Counted from the stretch's first letter, positions 39,415 through 54,449 are shown. The stretch: 64,000 nt of DNA from Epiperipatus broadwayi (GCA_028023455.1 JAQFVV010000007.1:12276001-12340000), one strand, 5' to 3'. Notes: generated by a model from the letters alone, not told the origin. Translations and numbers: made by a program.

Positions 39415-39530
39415 AAGCATCCGATGTAAACAACTAATTATTGGTCAGTAAATGGATATCATATTATGTTTAAGCATCCTATGTAACCAACTAATTATTG
39501 ATCAGCAAAAGGATAACATGTTATGTTTAA
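39415..39530. repeat. Tandem duplication, 2 x ~58 bp
   Basis: TTAAGCATCC-ATGTAA-CAACTAATTATTG-TCAG occurs twice. Confidence 0.8.
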
Positions 39531-40467
39531 TTTTAATGTAAAACATAAAAGGAAAATGCCAAAACATTGTTATATGATATTTTTAGCTAGACAGTAAATA
39601 AAAAAGAGAAATAACATTGTAATATATCGTATAAATATACCATGGAAAATACTTTAAAGATATTCCAAAATTTTTATTTCTATTGCATTACCTCTGTTAA
39701 AAATCTGCAAGGCAGTTCCAGTAGTTTACAATTATATATGGAACTATTTCCATTATTTAGAATTAACTGTTAAATAATTTTAGAAAAATTCCTTTGAAAA
39801 AAAAAAACCTAATTGAGTAATCACCACCTTACATTCAGTTTTCATGCTGAAGATCACAGGTTTAAATCCTGTGCTTGAAATGTCATTGGAAGGACAGAAA
39901 ATCCTGGAAAAAAAAAAAGAGAATAAAGCAACTTGAAATAGTGTGCTATGTACAAATCTGTGTATTATTATTAATAGCTGAATATCTTTGAAAAATATTT
40001 AAATAAATTTTGTATTTATTAATATAACGTTTAATAGTTAATTGTAGATGATGAAAATATTCCAATATATAATTATACATCTTTGATAGAATATCATAGG
40101 TGATTGTCATCTTAAATTCAGTATTCAAGTATATAATGATCCCAGATTGTATTCCTACACTAATACTGGGCAAATCACATATAGAGAAAAAAAAATATCA
40201 CTTAATTTATTGTATTATATATTATACAAGCATATTATTATTATACATTGAATGCCATGAAAAAGAGAATTAAACCTTAAAAGACCCTGAGAAATTTCAA
40301 ATTTGGTACCCTCTATACACAATTTTTTTTTGGAAGAGGATGAATTATTTTTGGGAGGTTCATTAAAAAAGAGACTAATGAAGAATTTAAAATAAAATTT
40401 CATTTGTAAAAAAAAAGGCTATATTATATTTATGAGCAATTAAAATAATATTGAATGAAAACAAAAT

Positions 40468-40521
<54 letters not shown>

Positions 40522-41506
40522 TTATGATATACATATTGTACCATTAACTTGGTACAAAGCACATTTAGCATTGGGTGAAGAGGTGATAGATTGTTGCAAG
40601 AAAATATATACTTTTAGAAAAATAAAAAAATAAAAATTAATAATTTGTTTGACCACCCAGACTAAAAAAAATGTAAATAAAGATTTAAAAGATACAAAAA
40701 ATGCAATCCAAATAATAACCTATAATTACAGAAGGTTGATCAATAACAAGAGTGATTAGAGGATTAATGTAATTAGAAACATAATAAACAAAAATGTAGA
40801 AATCATGTATAAATCAATTGTATGTATTAAATATAGTTTTGACTTTTAAAATGCACATTTTGTTTGGCTGATGAGTATATTGTTTTGCAGCCAGACTGGA
40901 TTGCTACATTTAGAGTATAAAAAACATTATGTATTTTGCTTATAATTAATTTTGAAATAAATTTAAAAAAAAAAGTTTTGCATGGGATTAAATTTATGAA
41001 GAAAAAAGAAAAAAAGGAGCATGGGAGATAGGCTATAGAATAAGAAAGATGACCCTGAGAACTTTTGTTAATGAATTTAGTTTCTTTTGTTCTTGTGACT
41101 GCAGTCCTATTTAGTTATATAAAGCAATGATTTCTACACTACTGCTTTGCTGCTATTGATATTGTTGCATACATTATTTGTTGGCAAATTGTCTAGAAAA
41201 AATCCAGAGACTGATACAGAATAGTTTATCATGTAGTTGTCTTTATCTTTGGAGAAGCCATAAAACAAATACAATGCTAAACCTTCAGGTATGGTCATTG
41301 ATTGCCTTCTCTTTACCCTGCTATCAAGATTCTGCCTTGATTCAAGCTGCCTTACCTATATCACTCCCAGAAATCTAGAAAGTTGATTAGGAAACACTTC
41401 AACCAGAAGTCATGGATAAAAGTATTATGTATAAGAAACCTAAAATCTGTGGCCATGGTATATATATATATATATATATTAATTCTAATGTTTTCACTGA
41501 TAAAAG

Positions 41507-41668
41507 ATGTCATATTATTATTACTATTTGCGGGATATTCCGTGTAGTGAAAAAGCTAAATGCTGACGTTTCAGTACAATATCAAGTACTTGATATTGTA
41601 CTGAAACGTCAGCATTTAGCTTTTTCACTACACGGAATATCCCGCAAATAGTAATAATAATATGACAT
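41507..41668. repeat. Perfect 162-bp palindrome made of two head-to-head PLE pLTR 3' ends
   Basis: 81-bp arms with no spacer, centre CAAGT|ACTTG. The ORF track gives the same peptide on both strands. The arm resembles the PLE end at 27305-27400. Confidence 0.95.
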
Positions 41669-44024
41669 ATATATATATCAGATGTAATTATATTAAAAGA
41701 TATACTCATGATAAGATGAACTTAGCTCTTTATATCGATTTAACTTTTAATCAAAATATATATAAACTCTTAATGAATTGACTAAGCTGTTTAATAATTA
41801 TGATTAACTGGAACTTTATTATTACTTTTAATATCCAATATAATTTTTTGTAGTTTGTAACATTTTATTTATATGTATTATCAATAATGTACTATGTATA
41901 TGTTAGTAATGTTTAGTAAGGGTGTATCTGAATGAATAATTTGTTTTTTGATCATTATTTCTTGTTTATTAAATACTATTTTAAAAAGTATAATGTAGCA
42001 ATTTTCATCGTTGAATTTCCAACATAAAAGAATGCTAGTATACTTAATTATTTCATTACATACGCTTAGGAAAGGACCTTCTAAAAAAAGAATCTTTGAA
42101 TTAATTAAACTTGGGACAGTGTGTTCAGTGAAATGTTCTACTGAGCATTGCCACTGTAAAAAAATAAACACTGTCACAAGTTGTTTTTATAGATCTATCT
42201 TTGATATTGTAAAAAAATAAAATAAAACAAAATAATATAATCTGAGCTTTGGTTGACCTGGAAGTATAATTGTATTTTCCAGATACTTTGCTATTGATTT
42301 ATTTGTAAAAGAGGATGAGATTTGGTCATAGTTAAAAATCATTAACGATTTATACCTGTATGTTACATTTGATAAAGAGAATAAATATATATAGACAAAT
42401 GAGTCTGCATGATGGGTGTTTAATATGGTAAATTACGTTTAACCCACATAGTAACTGGGTAAATAAAATTGAGCAAATGGGGTAATTTAACAATTGATGA
42501 AATGCTTATGTGAACTGTGATATCAACCTTGTTGTATATACATTTTTATACTTTAAATCATTCAAATATACTTCCAGAATTCAAAATGGTTTTATTATGC
42601 ATTAATCTCCTTCAAAAATGATGTTTTATTCTTCAGTTTAGAAAATTATCATCTCTATTACAGACTTTATTTATAGTTTGAGCTTCTATCAGTGATGATC
42701 CCAAGAAAATTATCATTTTTCCTAAGGATAATTTACCTCTAAAAGCCTTTGATGTAAATAAAGTTTAAATTTTTCTAAAGATAATTAACAATTTATTATA
42801 AATGAGGGAAATACAGCAATATATAATTACAAGTAAAGTGTCATCATTACAAACACTTAGACTAACATTTTTTCCATACACTTTTTACAATACTTACAAT
42901 TTTTTATGAAGAAGACTCTTAAATAGTTAAAACTATTGTAAACAATCACATAAAAAATGTTGAAAAGTGTATTATGAGAAATGTGAAAAGGCAAACTTTT
43001 TCACTGAACATTTTTAGGTGACTATTAAAGAGGAATATATACTGAATTGTATATATAAAGGTGAGGTTATCTTTTTACTTAGGTATAATCAAAGTTTAAA
43101 TAAAATATAGGTTTTTTCCTCCATATAAGTGTGATAGATTTCAATTTTGAAGACTGCTGGACATTCTGCAGGTAAATTACCGAAGTCTAAAAAACTTGGA
43201 TTTATCTGAGTCTTGCATCTGTAGTTCATGCTATAATAGTTTTTTTATTAAACAAATATTCTAATACATTACTGCTTAGGGGTATATAAAAAGTTTAAGA
43301 AGTGGATCTGCATATTTTAATGCATTGCTCAAGTAGCAGACTCTGAGTTCAATATCTGTGGATAATGACTCCAGATTTGTCACTTCTCTGCTTGATAAAA
43401 TGTTCAAAAGGATAGCAGAGTCAAGCTAACATTGTGGTAAAAAGGTGTTTAGTGCTTATCATAATGCCCTTCTTTAAAATCACATCTTTGAAAATCATTT
43501 AACATGTATTCATTCCTCATATACAGAATAACCCACAATTCAATAATTATTAAAAACATTCAACACTTAGATAATCCCAATCAAGAATCAACAATTTCTA
43601 ACTGTTATCAAGACAACCTCCTTTAGAAAATGTACTCAATCATCAAATGCATGCAATGTATTATCAGGTTTTACACAGCTTTGGGCTCACAATCAGATAA
43701 CCATTTGTGTAACATTGCATAGATTTTTCCTGAATTTCAAATTTTTATAAGTGAAATTACAAATATTGTTTGCACTCACATTTACTTGAAAAGGTACATT
43801 GCATTACTTAAAAATATAAATAAATATATTTATCCTTTTGGTGCTAAAATTATTGACTGCTCTGCATTAATATAATATTGTGATTAGCACATTTGCCTGC
43901 ATAATCCTTGGCTTGATTTTGAATCTAGTGAAAATTTGAAAATTTTCCAGATCTGTTAATTTCCAAGCTATAACTTTACATAATTCCATAGATGTATATC
44001 TGTAATTTTGTGGAAGGAATTCCT

Positions 44025-44075
<51 letters not shown>

Positions 44076-44084
44076 TATCCTAAT

Positions 44085-44131
<47 letters not shown>

Positions 44132-44859
44132 TGGTATATTATTTATTAGATATATGTTAATGCATAAATAGTAATATTTTTAAAAGGATGTCTCTGTGTA
44201 TGTTTTAGATAAATTTCGGATATGATGTAACAGGGTAAAGTATCAGATATGTGTCATTTCTCTATAAAATCTTATTAGTGTAGAGAAAACAAATCAGTGC
44301 TCCATGTACATAGTTTTATTCTAAAAATAGGAAAATATTGATTTCTTGTGACTTCAACTGCTTACATTAAAAAATATGTAATATATAATGGAATTTAACT
44401 GTTAAATGGTCAAAAATGAGTACATAAATCAAAAGTATTTGTATCCAATGTAAAAAAAAAAACAGAAATAGATATTCTACTTAAAAACAAAAAGTGTTAA
44501 TATTTTATATGTCAGCATATTAGATATATACAACTATCTAAACATTTTCTCAAAAAAATAAAGCCTTCATAAAACTCATTTTCATGAACTTTATGATATA
44601 ATTGCAAAATAAACAAGTTGAACCTCATAGTTATTAATGAAACATTTAAATAAACCAATAAATAAGGTCCACCATTTGTTATTTCAGTGCAATCTGTTTT
44701 ATCAGATAAAAGATGAAATGGGTTTATATTTTTAGTGTTACATATTAAATAAACTATAAAACTATTTACACATTCATAAGAAATCATTAGTGAATATATA
44801 AATAGAAAAATAAATTGTTTAGAAATGACTCTGGTAAATGGATGAATATATATATATAT

Positions 44860-45470
44860 ATGGAAAATCCACTCAACATTACTTTAGTCTTTTAACATTT
44901 ATCTTTAGTCCTAATTTCCTACTTTCATCTGATAACTCTTGCAACATTTCCTGCAGCTCTAAAGCAATATTTGAAATAACAACTACATCATCTGCAAAAT
45001 CTAAATGACTTAAATAATCTCCATTTACTTTTACTCCTTTAGCGTCTCATTTTAATCCACAAAATACTTCTTGCAGCATTGCTGTAAAAAGTTTTGGAGA
45101 TATGGAGTCACTCTGTCTTACACTCTTCTCAATGTTGACTTTCCCAGTATCATTATGTAATCTAATTGTTGCTGTTTCATTTTTATTAATATTCTTTAAA
45201 ATATGACAATATCCTGGATCTATACCTTGATGATCCAATGCTTTAATCACTGAAGAAATGTTTATAGAATCAAATGCCTTTTCATAATCTACAAATCCAA
45301 AACATAATGGCAACTCATATCCATTTGTCCTTTCTATAACTTCTAACAATACCTGTATATGATCTACTGTACTAAAACAACTTTTAAATCCAGTTTGTTC
45401 CATTGGTTAGTGGAAATCTAATGTTGAATTAAACTTGGTTGGAATGCTTTTCATAGAAATAACTTGATAC
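44860..45470 (-). mobile_element. RTE-clade LINE RT fragment (inverted relative to its 3' end)
   Basis: FSTVDHI...FVDYEKAFDSI...VRQSDSISPKLFTA (ORF 45047), then LNHLEFADDVVVI...LGLKIN. Confidence 0.9.
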
Positions 45471-45479
45471 TAAAAGGAA

Positions 45480-45940
45480 CTATGCCTATGTGTTTGAAAA
45501 AAACCCAATACATGTGTTTTACCACTTCTTACTTATGGATCTGAGACTTGGACACTTAATAGAAGAACAATACAGAGACTTCAAACCACTCAAAAAAGTA
45601 TGGAGAAATGCATGTTGGAAGAAACAAGAGGAGATTGAAACACAATATATAGGTAAGAGAACAAACAGGTGTTACTGACCTCATTGAAAAAATTAAAACA
45701 CTGAAGTGGAGTTGGACTGGACATATTACTAAAAGAAATGATAATAGATGGACAATTGAAATTTTAAACTGGATTCCAAGAGATTGTAAAAGACCCAGAA
45801 AGAGACCATGTGTGAGATGGATGAAATAAGAAAATGTGCAGGGGTAATGTGGAGAAGAGAAGCTAAAGATCTGAGATGGTGGATTGAACTTGGAGAGACC
45901 TTCATCTTGCAGTGGATTGATAATGGTTGATGATGATCAT
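45480..45940 (+). mobile_element. RTE-clade LINE 3' end
   Basis: LTYGSETWTLN, LKWSWTGHI, WIPRDCKRPRKRP, FILQWIDNG* followed by a TGATGATGAT tail. Confidence 0.85.
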
Positions 45941-46649
45941 ATAGATGGATGAAGCAAAAAATATATATAAATGGAGAAATAGACATCTTTAGGCATAGTG
46001 ATATGTTAGGAAAATTGTAATGTTAAAAGATAGCAAATGTAGTCCATGTGTTTATTGCTGACATAAATTTTCTAATCTTGTGAATGGTAAAGATGAATAT
46101 ATAGAGAAAGATTATTAGATAGGTAGACAGACAAACAAATATTTGTAATTAGATAGGTTAGATAAACCATGTAAAGAAATGGCTGTTCTACACTCCTATA
46201 AAATTACAATTAAAATTATTTGGTCTGGATATATATATTACATCTCCACCATACCCATGATTTTTTCTTTCCAAATGTCATTCAACAATGTATTCAATTT
46301 ATATTTCTAGAATTTGTTAATTTATTCAGATCATCACTGCTTACACAATTTTCTGCCCAATATTTCAGTTATTTTCTCTTTTCTATTACATTCTTCTCTA
46401 CATTATGGATTTAATCAGAACTGCTATTAATGTTACCTTTGGAAGTCAAGTTTTTAGTCCACAACATCTGAAACAAAATTAAATTTTGCCAAAATTTCAT
46501 TATTTTTATTTTTCATTGACATTTCCTGAATAAAATTGGGGACTATTAACATAATTAAACTTTCCATATTAGATCGATAGTTCAAATGACAATGCAATTT
46601 AAAAAGAGCATTATAATTTTTTTTTTTTAGAACTGACATTAAGTAAAAG

Positions 46650-47900
46650 CAAGTTAAAGAGAACTAGCCATTCCTGAAAAACAAAAATCAGTGTTAGACA
46701 GATTTTTTTAAATAACAATTGAGTAATGGACTTAAATCCACAATCAAATGCTGCTTTAAATAGCAGTAACTCAAACAATTTTCCACAACATGCAGACTCA
46801 TTTAATAAGTGTTCCTGAAATTGAGGAATTATTATTTATTTTTGTTGGAGATCCAATAATATCCATGAAACACTTGTTTTAACCTCAGCATTATACAGAC
46901 TATCTATCAGATTCAGATATATCGATGACACGTTTGTTGTTTGGTCACTTGGGAAAAAAACTCGATTACTTTTTAATGTATACTAATAACCTACATTACC
47001 AAATTAAGGTTACTATGGAAGTGGAGAAGGATGATAGTACTTATTTTTAATGTTTTGTTTTTAGAACAAATAATCATACCATATTACCGTCAATATATAG
47101 GAAATCTATAAATACTGATAGATACAAAAATGCATTATATCATCTTCAGCTCAAATCTTCTTTGTAGCTAAGTCACTTTTTGCAAGGCCATTTGTACTTT
47201 CAAATACTTGATATCTTATTAATCAATAGTTACAATACTATCACTATAAATAGGTGATATACAAAGCAAAAAATTTCCAAAAGGAAAAAAACCCAAATGC
47301 TTCTAATAGAGAATATATTCCTTATATAATAGGAACAACAGACAAGATTGGAATGGTACTGAGATACTATGGAATATAAATAGCATCCTCTACTGAGCAA
47401 CAGATTAATAACATTCTAATAAAACCTAAGGCTTTATTCTTCTGGAAACCCAAAGAGCCTGTGGAATCTCATATGGCATGTTCCTAACTGTGTTGGTAGG
47501 AAGAAGCAATCAATATATAAGTGTGAGAAGAGATAAGCATCTTAAGGTAATGAAAAAATTTTCAACATCTTCAGCACTTGTGCTCCATATTATGGGCACT
47601 GGCCATCACATAGACTTTTCAAAACTAAAATTATATCCACATGCAATAATCATGACTAAATAATATTTATAGAGGCTATAGACATATTTAAAAGAGTAAA
47701 TTGTATTAACAAACTGATGGAACAATGAAATTTCCAACTATTTGGAAAAGTTTCTTCCCAGAAAAGAAAGATAAAAAATACTATCAAATTTAAGTCAAAC
47801 TAATCAACAACCATGTGATATAATTGTGTCTGCTACAGCCATGTGATTATTTATTTTGTTTTATTTATCTGAGGGCAAAGGTTATCTTGTTATAATGTCA
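46650..47900 (+). mobile_element. Decayed Penelope-like element (RT C-half plus GIY-YIG)
   Basis: FRYIDDTFVVW, KVTMEVEKD, YRKSINTDRY, YIPYIIGTTDKIG, SALVLHIMGTGHHIDF (ORF 47478). Degenerate CTGA...TGTCAG at ~47865-47900. Confidence 0.85.
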
Positions 47901-48539
47901 GTATATTTACTTTAATTTTATTTCATTAAATAATATTTGCTCCCAAAAACTTGATTTATTAAACATCTTTTGCCCATTAAAACATTCATTTCAATATATA
48001 TATATATTTCATGATTGAAAATAATTTCACTTGGATTGAAAATATAATGTTATCTTAATTTTATTCATAAAAGTCACAAGTTCTATTTCATTTTCTAAAT
48101 TTTTAATTAATATTTTATGTTTCTACATTTTTGCTATGATAGGTAATAAGCTCTTTACTTGTAGAAGATAGAAATCCAGTAATTATACATTTTAATATTC
48201 TATATAGTTGTTCCTGAAAACATTTATGAATCAATTCACCTAATATTAAATCTGTAAACAATGCAATCTGTATATCAAAATTCAAACTAATCACATATAT
48301 TCAGGATATTGTCATATTCTAGATAATAGTCATGAATATACAATAGAAATGATAGGATTATAATATGATACCAAGAATTTTAACTTTTGAATAGGATGTT
48401 ATAAAAGGCTGATTTCACATCTCCAAACTTTTACAGCATATACATAAGAAATATTTTATAGCTTATTATAGAATGCCAATGAAATAAAAGTATATAAAGT
48501 TTGCTTAAGTCATTTAGACTTATTAGATGAAGTAGCACA

Positions 48540-49030
48540 ATAGGATAAGAAATAAATGCCAAAAGGACTAAAATCAAGTTCAATGGAATTTTTCAGATGA
48601 AGAATATAAAGAGTGATAATAATAAATTCAAAGTTAAACGACACTTGATCAAGTTATTAATGAAGATGAAAATGTAATGGGGGAAATTATTTTTAGAATT
48701 AAACTTGGATGAAATACTTTTGGTAAAAGTAACTTAATATTAAAAAATATATCTGTGTCTTAAAAGGAATCCTCTTTAGTAGATATGTCTTACCAGTACT
48801 TACTTACAGAACTGAGACTAGGACACATAACAAAAGAGCCAGGTAGAGACTTCAGATTCCTCAATGAACTATGCAGAGATATCTGTTAGGTCTAACAAAA
48901 AGGGATCAAAACAAAATACATTGATCGTTGAACAAAAGAGAGCAAATATGTCTCATTGAGAAAATTGAGAAACTGAAATAGAATTAGTCTAGACATAATA
49001 CCTTGAAAGACACCCATATGAGATAAATTA
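48540..49030 (+). mobile_element. RTE-clade LINE fragment (post-RT region)
   Basis: RYVLPVLTYRTETRT...LQIPQ*TMQRYLLGLTKRDQ at ~48780-48920. Confidence 0.7.
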
Positions 49031-49195
49031 CTACAATAAAAATCTTTTCTGGTGTAATGTGAAAAGAGAAGTTAGGAGCAAAGTAAGTTCATTAAACATA
49101 TAGACTTTTATCCTACTGTGGATCAATAATAATTGTAAATTATATATATAATATTTAAATATATGTATAATGTCTATACAAGACTTAATGTAATT

Positions 49196-49919
<724 letters not shown>

Positions 49920-51867
49920 TATATATATGCACTATTATCTAAACCACTGAAAACATAAAAGGCAAGTATAAGAAAATAGAAATAATTATATTATCTGGTT
50001 GCAATACGTTTCTAAATTCAGAACATAATAAGTCATCACATGAAGAGAATTGAGTATTTTAACAATAAGCAATAAGAAAATTTATATTAAGTAAACTTTG
50101 AATCAAATGATTGATATAAAGCATTCAGTTCACTCAATGCTGAAACTAAATTGCATTTGGTTAAACTTTGTCTATTACTCTTGTCTAAGGCATCCAGAGA
50201 AGAGGATGGATGTAAACAAAATCATTGAGCTTACTTTTATTTTTTGTAATATCATATTTTTATCTTCATAAGGATATTATAAGGTGGTGTGTTTTAGATT
50301 CAATAATTTTAATATAAAACATTATTTATAGAGATTAACAATTAAATTTTTGAAATTCGTATAAAAAAAAAATATGATTGATTTCAGAGTAGATGTGAGA
50401 CCAGTTATTTTATTAGAATAGTTTGATAAAAGAAATGGGTATTGAATTTCACATAAAAATTTGAAGAAATTAATAAAAATAAAATACAAAATCATGGTGA
50501 CAGACATCTCAATTAGTATTTAGTGATTTAATAAGTAGGTTCTGAAATAAAGTATACTTTGTGGTAAAATTTAATACAGATTTCAACAAATTATTTGTTA
50601 ATAGAAACAAGGTTTAATAATACTTCCATGAAGATCATATTTTTCAAAAATCATAATTTTCTAAAAAAAAAAATGTGCAAGTATATAAATAAATAATCAA
50701 AAAATAAAAATAAGTCTTACTTCTGGAAATATCAGATCTAAAGTTGTTCTGAGAACCTTTTGTTACAGAGTCTGATACTTGACTACTATACTAAACCATT
50801 TTGCCAACTAAAACATTCAAAATATGACTTGAGAAAACAAGCCAATATAATACCCATTTGGAAATAAGAAAGTAAGTAAATTATGTTATGGAACAAAAAG
50901 TTTAACTTTAAGATAGATATCGGGGTAACTAATGATATTAATACCTATTCTTTTCTTGGAAGTAACTTATTAAAATATTCAACGAATGTTAATGGTGCTA
51001 AGCCATAAATTAAAAGTAAGTAAAGAGAGCAAAAAGTTCAGTCCATGAAATTTATATTGTTGCAAATAGTTTATTCATCTACTTTCTTAAAATCTAGACC
51101 ATTCATCTGTGTGGAGAATTAATTTTGATTTAACTAAATGAGTTTTATTTTTTAAATTTGCTTAGAACTTCTTAATATGGCCAGTTAACTACTCAAAAAT
51201 TAACTGGAAAATGGTAATTCACCTATTCTTATTTGGTAAATCTATCTGGTTATATGATGGTCCATCTAATGATTACAAACAAAATCATATTCTATTATGA
51301 TGTTGCTTTCACCATTCACCAAAAACTGGCACTAAGGCCATGATTTCCTATTACCCATTGAAAAAAAAATGTTACCATTATGTTTGTAATAAATATTATA
51401 TACTATTATCATTTTTTTAAGTAATTGTGTTTTGTTTATGCACTATCCTATATCAGCTAATTATTTATATTTTAGAAAGTATTAATTTTCAGATTGGAAT
51501 TCAAAATGCTATTTCAAAGTCACTATAAAACTATTTTTTATGTCACAAGATTTAGATATGAATTTGCATATTTGTGAATTACGTATAGTGTTTTATTCAA
51601 TGTACTGCACTTTTTATCATCAGAGATAAAGGATAGCCATCAGAAATCTTTACAAGTTGTAGGAATATTATCTAGACTCAATGCCCTGAAATAATAAATA
51701 CAACTACAGAAAGAATATGCAATGGACAAATACAATAAAAAAAGGAATTATCTAAAAAAGAGCTGTTAATATGGCAAGATCAAGAAATAAAAAATGCATG
51801 TATATAATTAAAGCTACAAACAAATATATATATATAAAACTGTGTAAATAATTAGTAATGAAGGAAG

Positions 51868-52140
51868 ACTTAAATTAAAACAGGCAAAACTCTCCATATA
51901 GTAGTGCCACTCTGTGCAACCAAGAGTAGTCAATGGATGCCAGAAGGCTTGTGCATAAAACTTTTATCTATTGCCTACTCATCCAATATTCCCAGACTAG
52001 TTTCTAGCTTGTGGCTTGGCACTAGATAGGGATTTCATGCACAAGCGTTCTGGCATTACTGTATGAAGAGGTTTGCCTGTTTTAATAACAGTTCTAGGAA
52101 AGCATAAAAAATGATGATCTTGTGATGTTTAGTGGTTTAA
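51868..52140. mobile_element. Repeat family R1, short head-to-head copy
   Basis: Antisense 51868-52015 (includes CCCAGACTAGTTTCTAGC), then a sense arm ending GTGATGTTTAGTGGT|TTAA. Confidence 0.8.
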
Positions 52141-53583
52141 CTTAAATTAAAAAAGACTTAGAAATATATCTAACAATGAAAATAAAGCTCTTCAAACTCT
52201 GCCAGTTTCAAAATTTGGACTGCTCATTAATCACCGTAATTCAATCACCTCTTCATGGTAAGAAAGGGACCATTGTCAATTTTGCATCCAATTTTAAAAA
52301 TGGAAAGATATCTTGAATCATAATAGCTGTAGAGACAAACGTCAAAGCAACCGATATATTTAAATATTTCAGATGCATCATTATTTTATATATTTGTGTT
52401 TGTCAAAAGTAACATTTTTCACTTAATAAAGTACAATCATTTTATGTTTTTACGAATATGCTCCATGTATTAAATTGATTGGTGTTATCTTAACTCTAAA
52501 AGTGGGGCAAAGCTTATTTATAAAGCCAAAGTATCTAAATATACACTTACACTCCATGTAGTTGTTTTTCTTTTTTAATTTAACTTAGTTTTACCAAAAA
52601 ATACCATTATTAAAATTGACGGATTTTTTTCAAATTTTTCTTTTTCATTTCTGCTTTTAGATACTTATCTTTTCAATTTTCCAGCCAAGTTTAATGTAGT
52701 GTAAATTTTATTTGTTTACAATCTATTAACAGAATTTTATAACTTTTTTTCTTTATAACTTGAGAAGAATTTGACCAAACCTGTAGGGAACAAACCATAC
52801 ATTCTGCCAAATACTGAATTAAAAGGGTTTAATTTCACAAAAGTTTGTGTTTGTGGGGTAGGGGGGAAACATGGCAGAAAAATAAAACATCTTGGAATTA
52901 TTTACCATAAAATTTGTGGATACAGTGTTTTGAAAAGTATCCAATAAATAATCAAAAATAAATTGAGCAAATAATTGAACAGTGGATTTTCATTAACCCA
53001 CATTAATAGGAATGACAGACCTGCTAACTTGAGATCCAACCAAGCAATTGTTTTCTTTTGTTAAAAAGTCGTAACTAAATATTATTTTCAAAACTTTGTA
53101 ATATTCAATTACATGGTAAACATTAGGGTGTTTTTTTAAGCTTGTTTGTTTAATAAAAAAAATATTTAAGTTATATTTTGTAAAATAAAAAAAAATAAAA
53201 ATATTCTGCTTGTATATTTATATACATTTCTTTATGTAGTTATGTGGGTTTAGATGTTATTATTAACAAACATAAAAACCTACTACAGTGAGGACAAACT
53301 TTTTTCCGATTAATCTCGGGGGGAGGGTACTGAAATTGTTTTTTGTTTTTTTTTAGCAAACCGTTCTCCTGTTCTTTTTATATTGAGCATTTTAAAGAAA
53401 CTCTTAATATCACAAGTAATCTCAATAATTTTTAAATTTCACTTTATAATTGTCTATGCATTTTGAAATATATATATAATAAAGAGCAGATATGTCTAAA
53501 CAAGCTTATTTTATTTTTTTATTTATTATTATGATAAATGCTATAGGAGAAAGCAGTCAAATCTTTATCTATGATTGTCCCTA

Positions 53584-53624
53584 TTCCCAGACCAGTTTCG
53601 AGCTATGTCTCTCTTCAGTGAGAA
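53584..53624 (-). ncRNA. Minimal type I hammerhead ribozyme, intact core
   Basis: Minus strand reads TTCTCA CTGAAGA GAG-ACATAG-CTC GAAA C-TG-GT C TGGGAA. Stem I TTCTCA/TGGGAA (one G.U), G10.1-C11.1, GUC cleavage triplet. Confidence 0.85.
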
Positions 53625-54449
53625 GCTAGGACATCAGATTCAAAAATACCAACTCTAACCAAGCATTAATCTAATACTTAACTATTAAGAATATCTGAAA
53701 CTTTCAGACATCTAATGTCTTCAAATTTAGCTCTCCAACTAAAATAGCTATATGGGCCTTAATTAAATTCAGATATTCCATATATTATATTAATATAAAT
53801 ACTTATAGGGAATTCGAATTGGATTAAATTGTAAAAGACATAGTGTTTGTTAATAGGGGCTTATGATCAGAATGTTTACTGAAGAGTCTAACATGTTATT
53901 AGCAGAACAATGTTCTAATTTTTAAAATTTATTAAGGAATTGAGGATTAGATGTACTTTTTAGGCATATTTCAATCTTCTATTCCAATGCACCTTTTTCA
54001 ATCATATATATAAATATTGTGCCAACTGTGAATACTGGTTTACCATATTACACAACTCGGGAGTCATTCATTTTATTTTTAGATGTCTTTGTGTACTTTT
54101 TTAAAAAGGTGTAGTGGAATGAATGTCTTAAACATATTTAAAAAAGATTTGGTTGGAAAAAGGAGTTTATTATTAACTGAAAGGAGACCATTTTATTCAT
54201 CTTTAAACCCTTAAAGCAACTGAGATGGCCAAAGTCATCATATCCATTCACAATATTATGGCTACTGTAGGTGATTAAAACTATTAAGTTATTCATATTG
54301 TAAATTAATATGGATGCAATGCTCATGCTCACACATCAACCAGAATAATCACTTTATTGCTTTTATCTCCAATTTTCAGATCATGAAATAAACTATGCTC
54401 TTTTTTCTCAGTTACCAGATAGTTATTAACTGCATTGTTTAAATACAGT

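Noticed and set aside
39830-39880. tRNA-like B-box fragments (also ~35820 and ~43340)
   Set aside because: No cloverleaf; at most decayed SINE heads.
41412-41709. Same peptide encoded on both strands
   Set aside because: A consequence of the DNA palindrome, not a gene pair.
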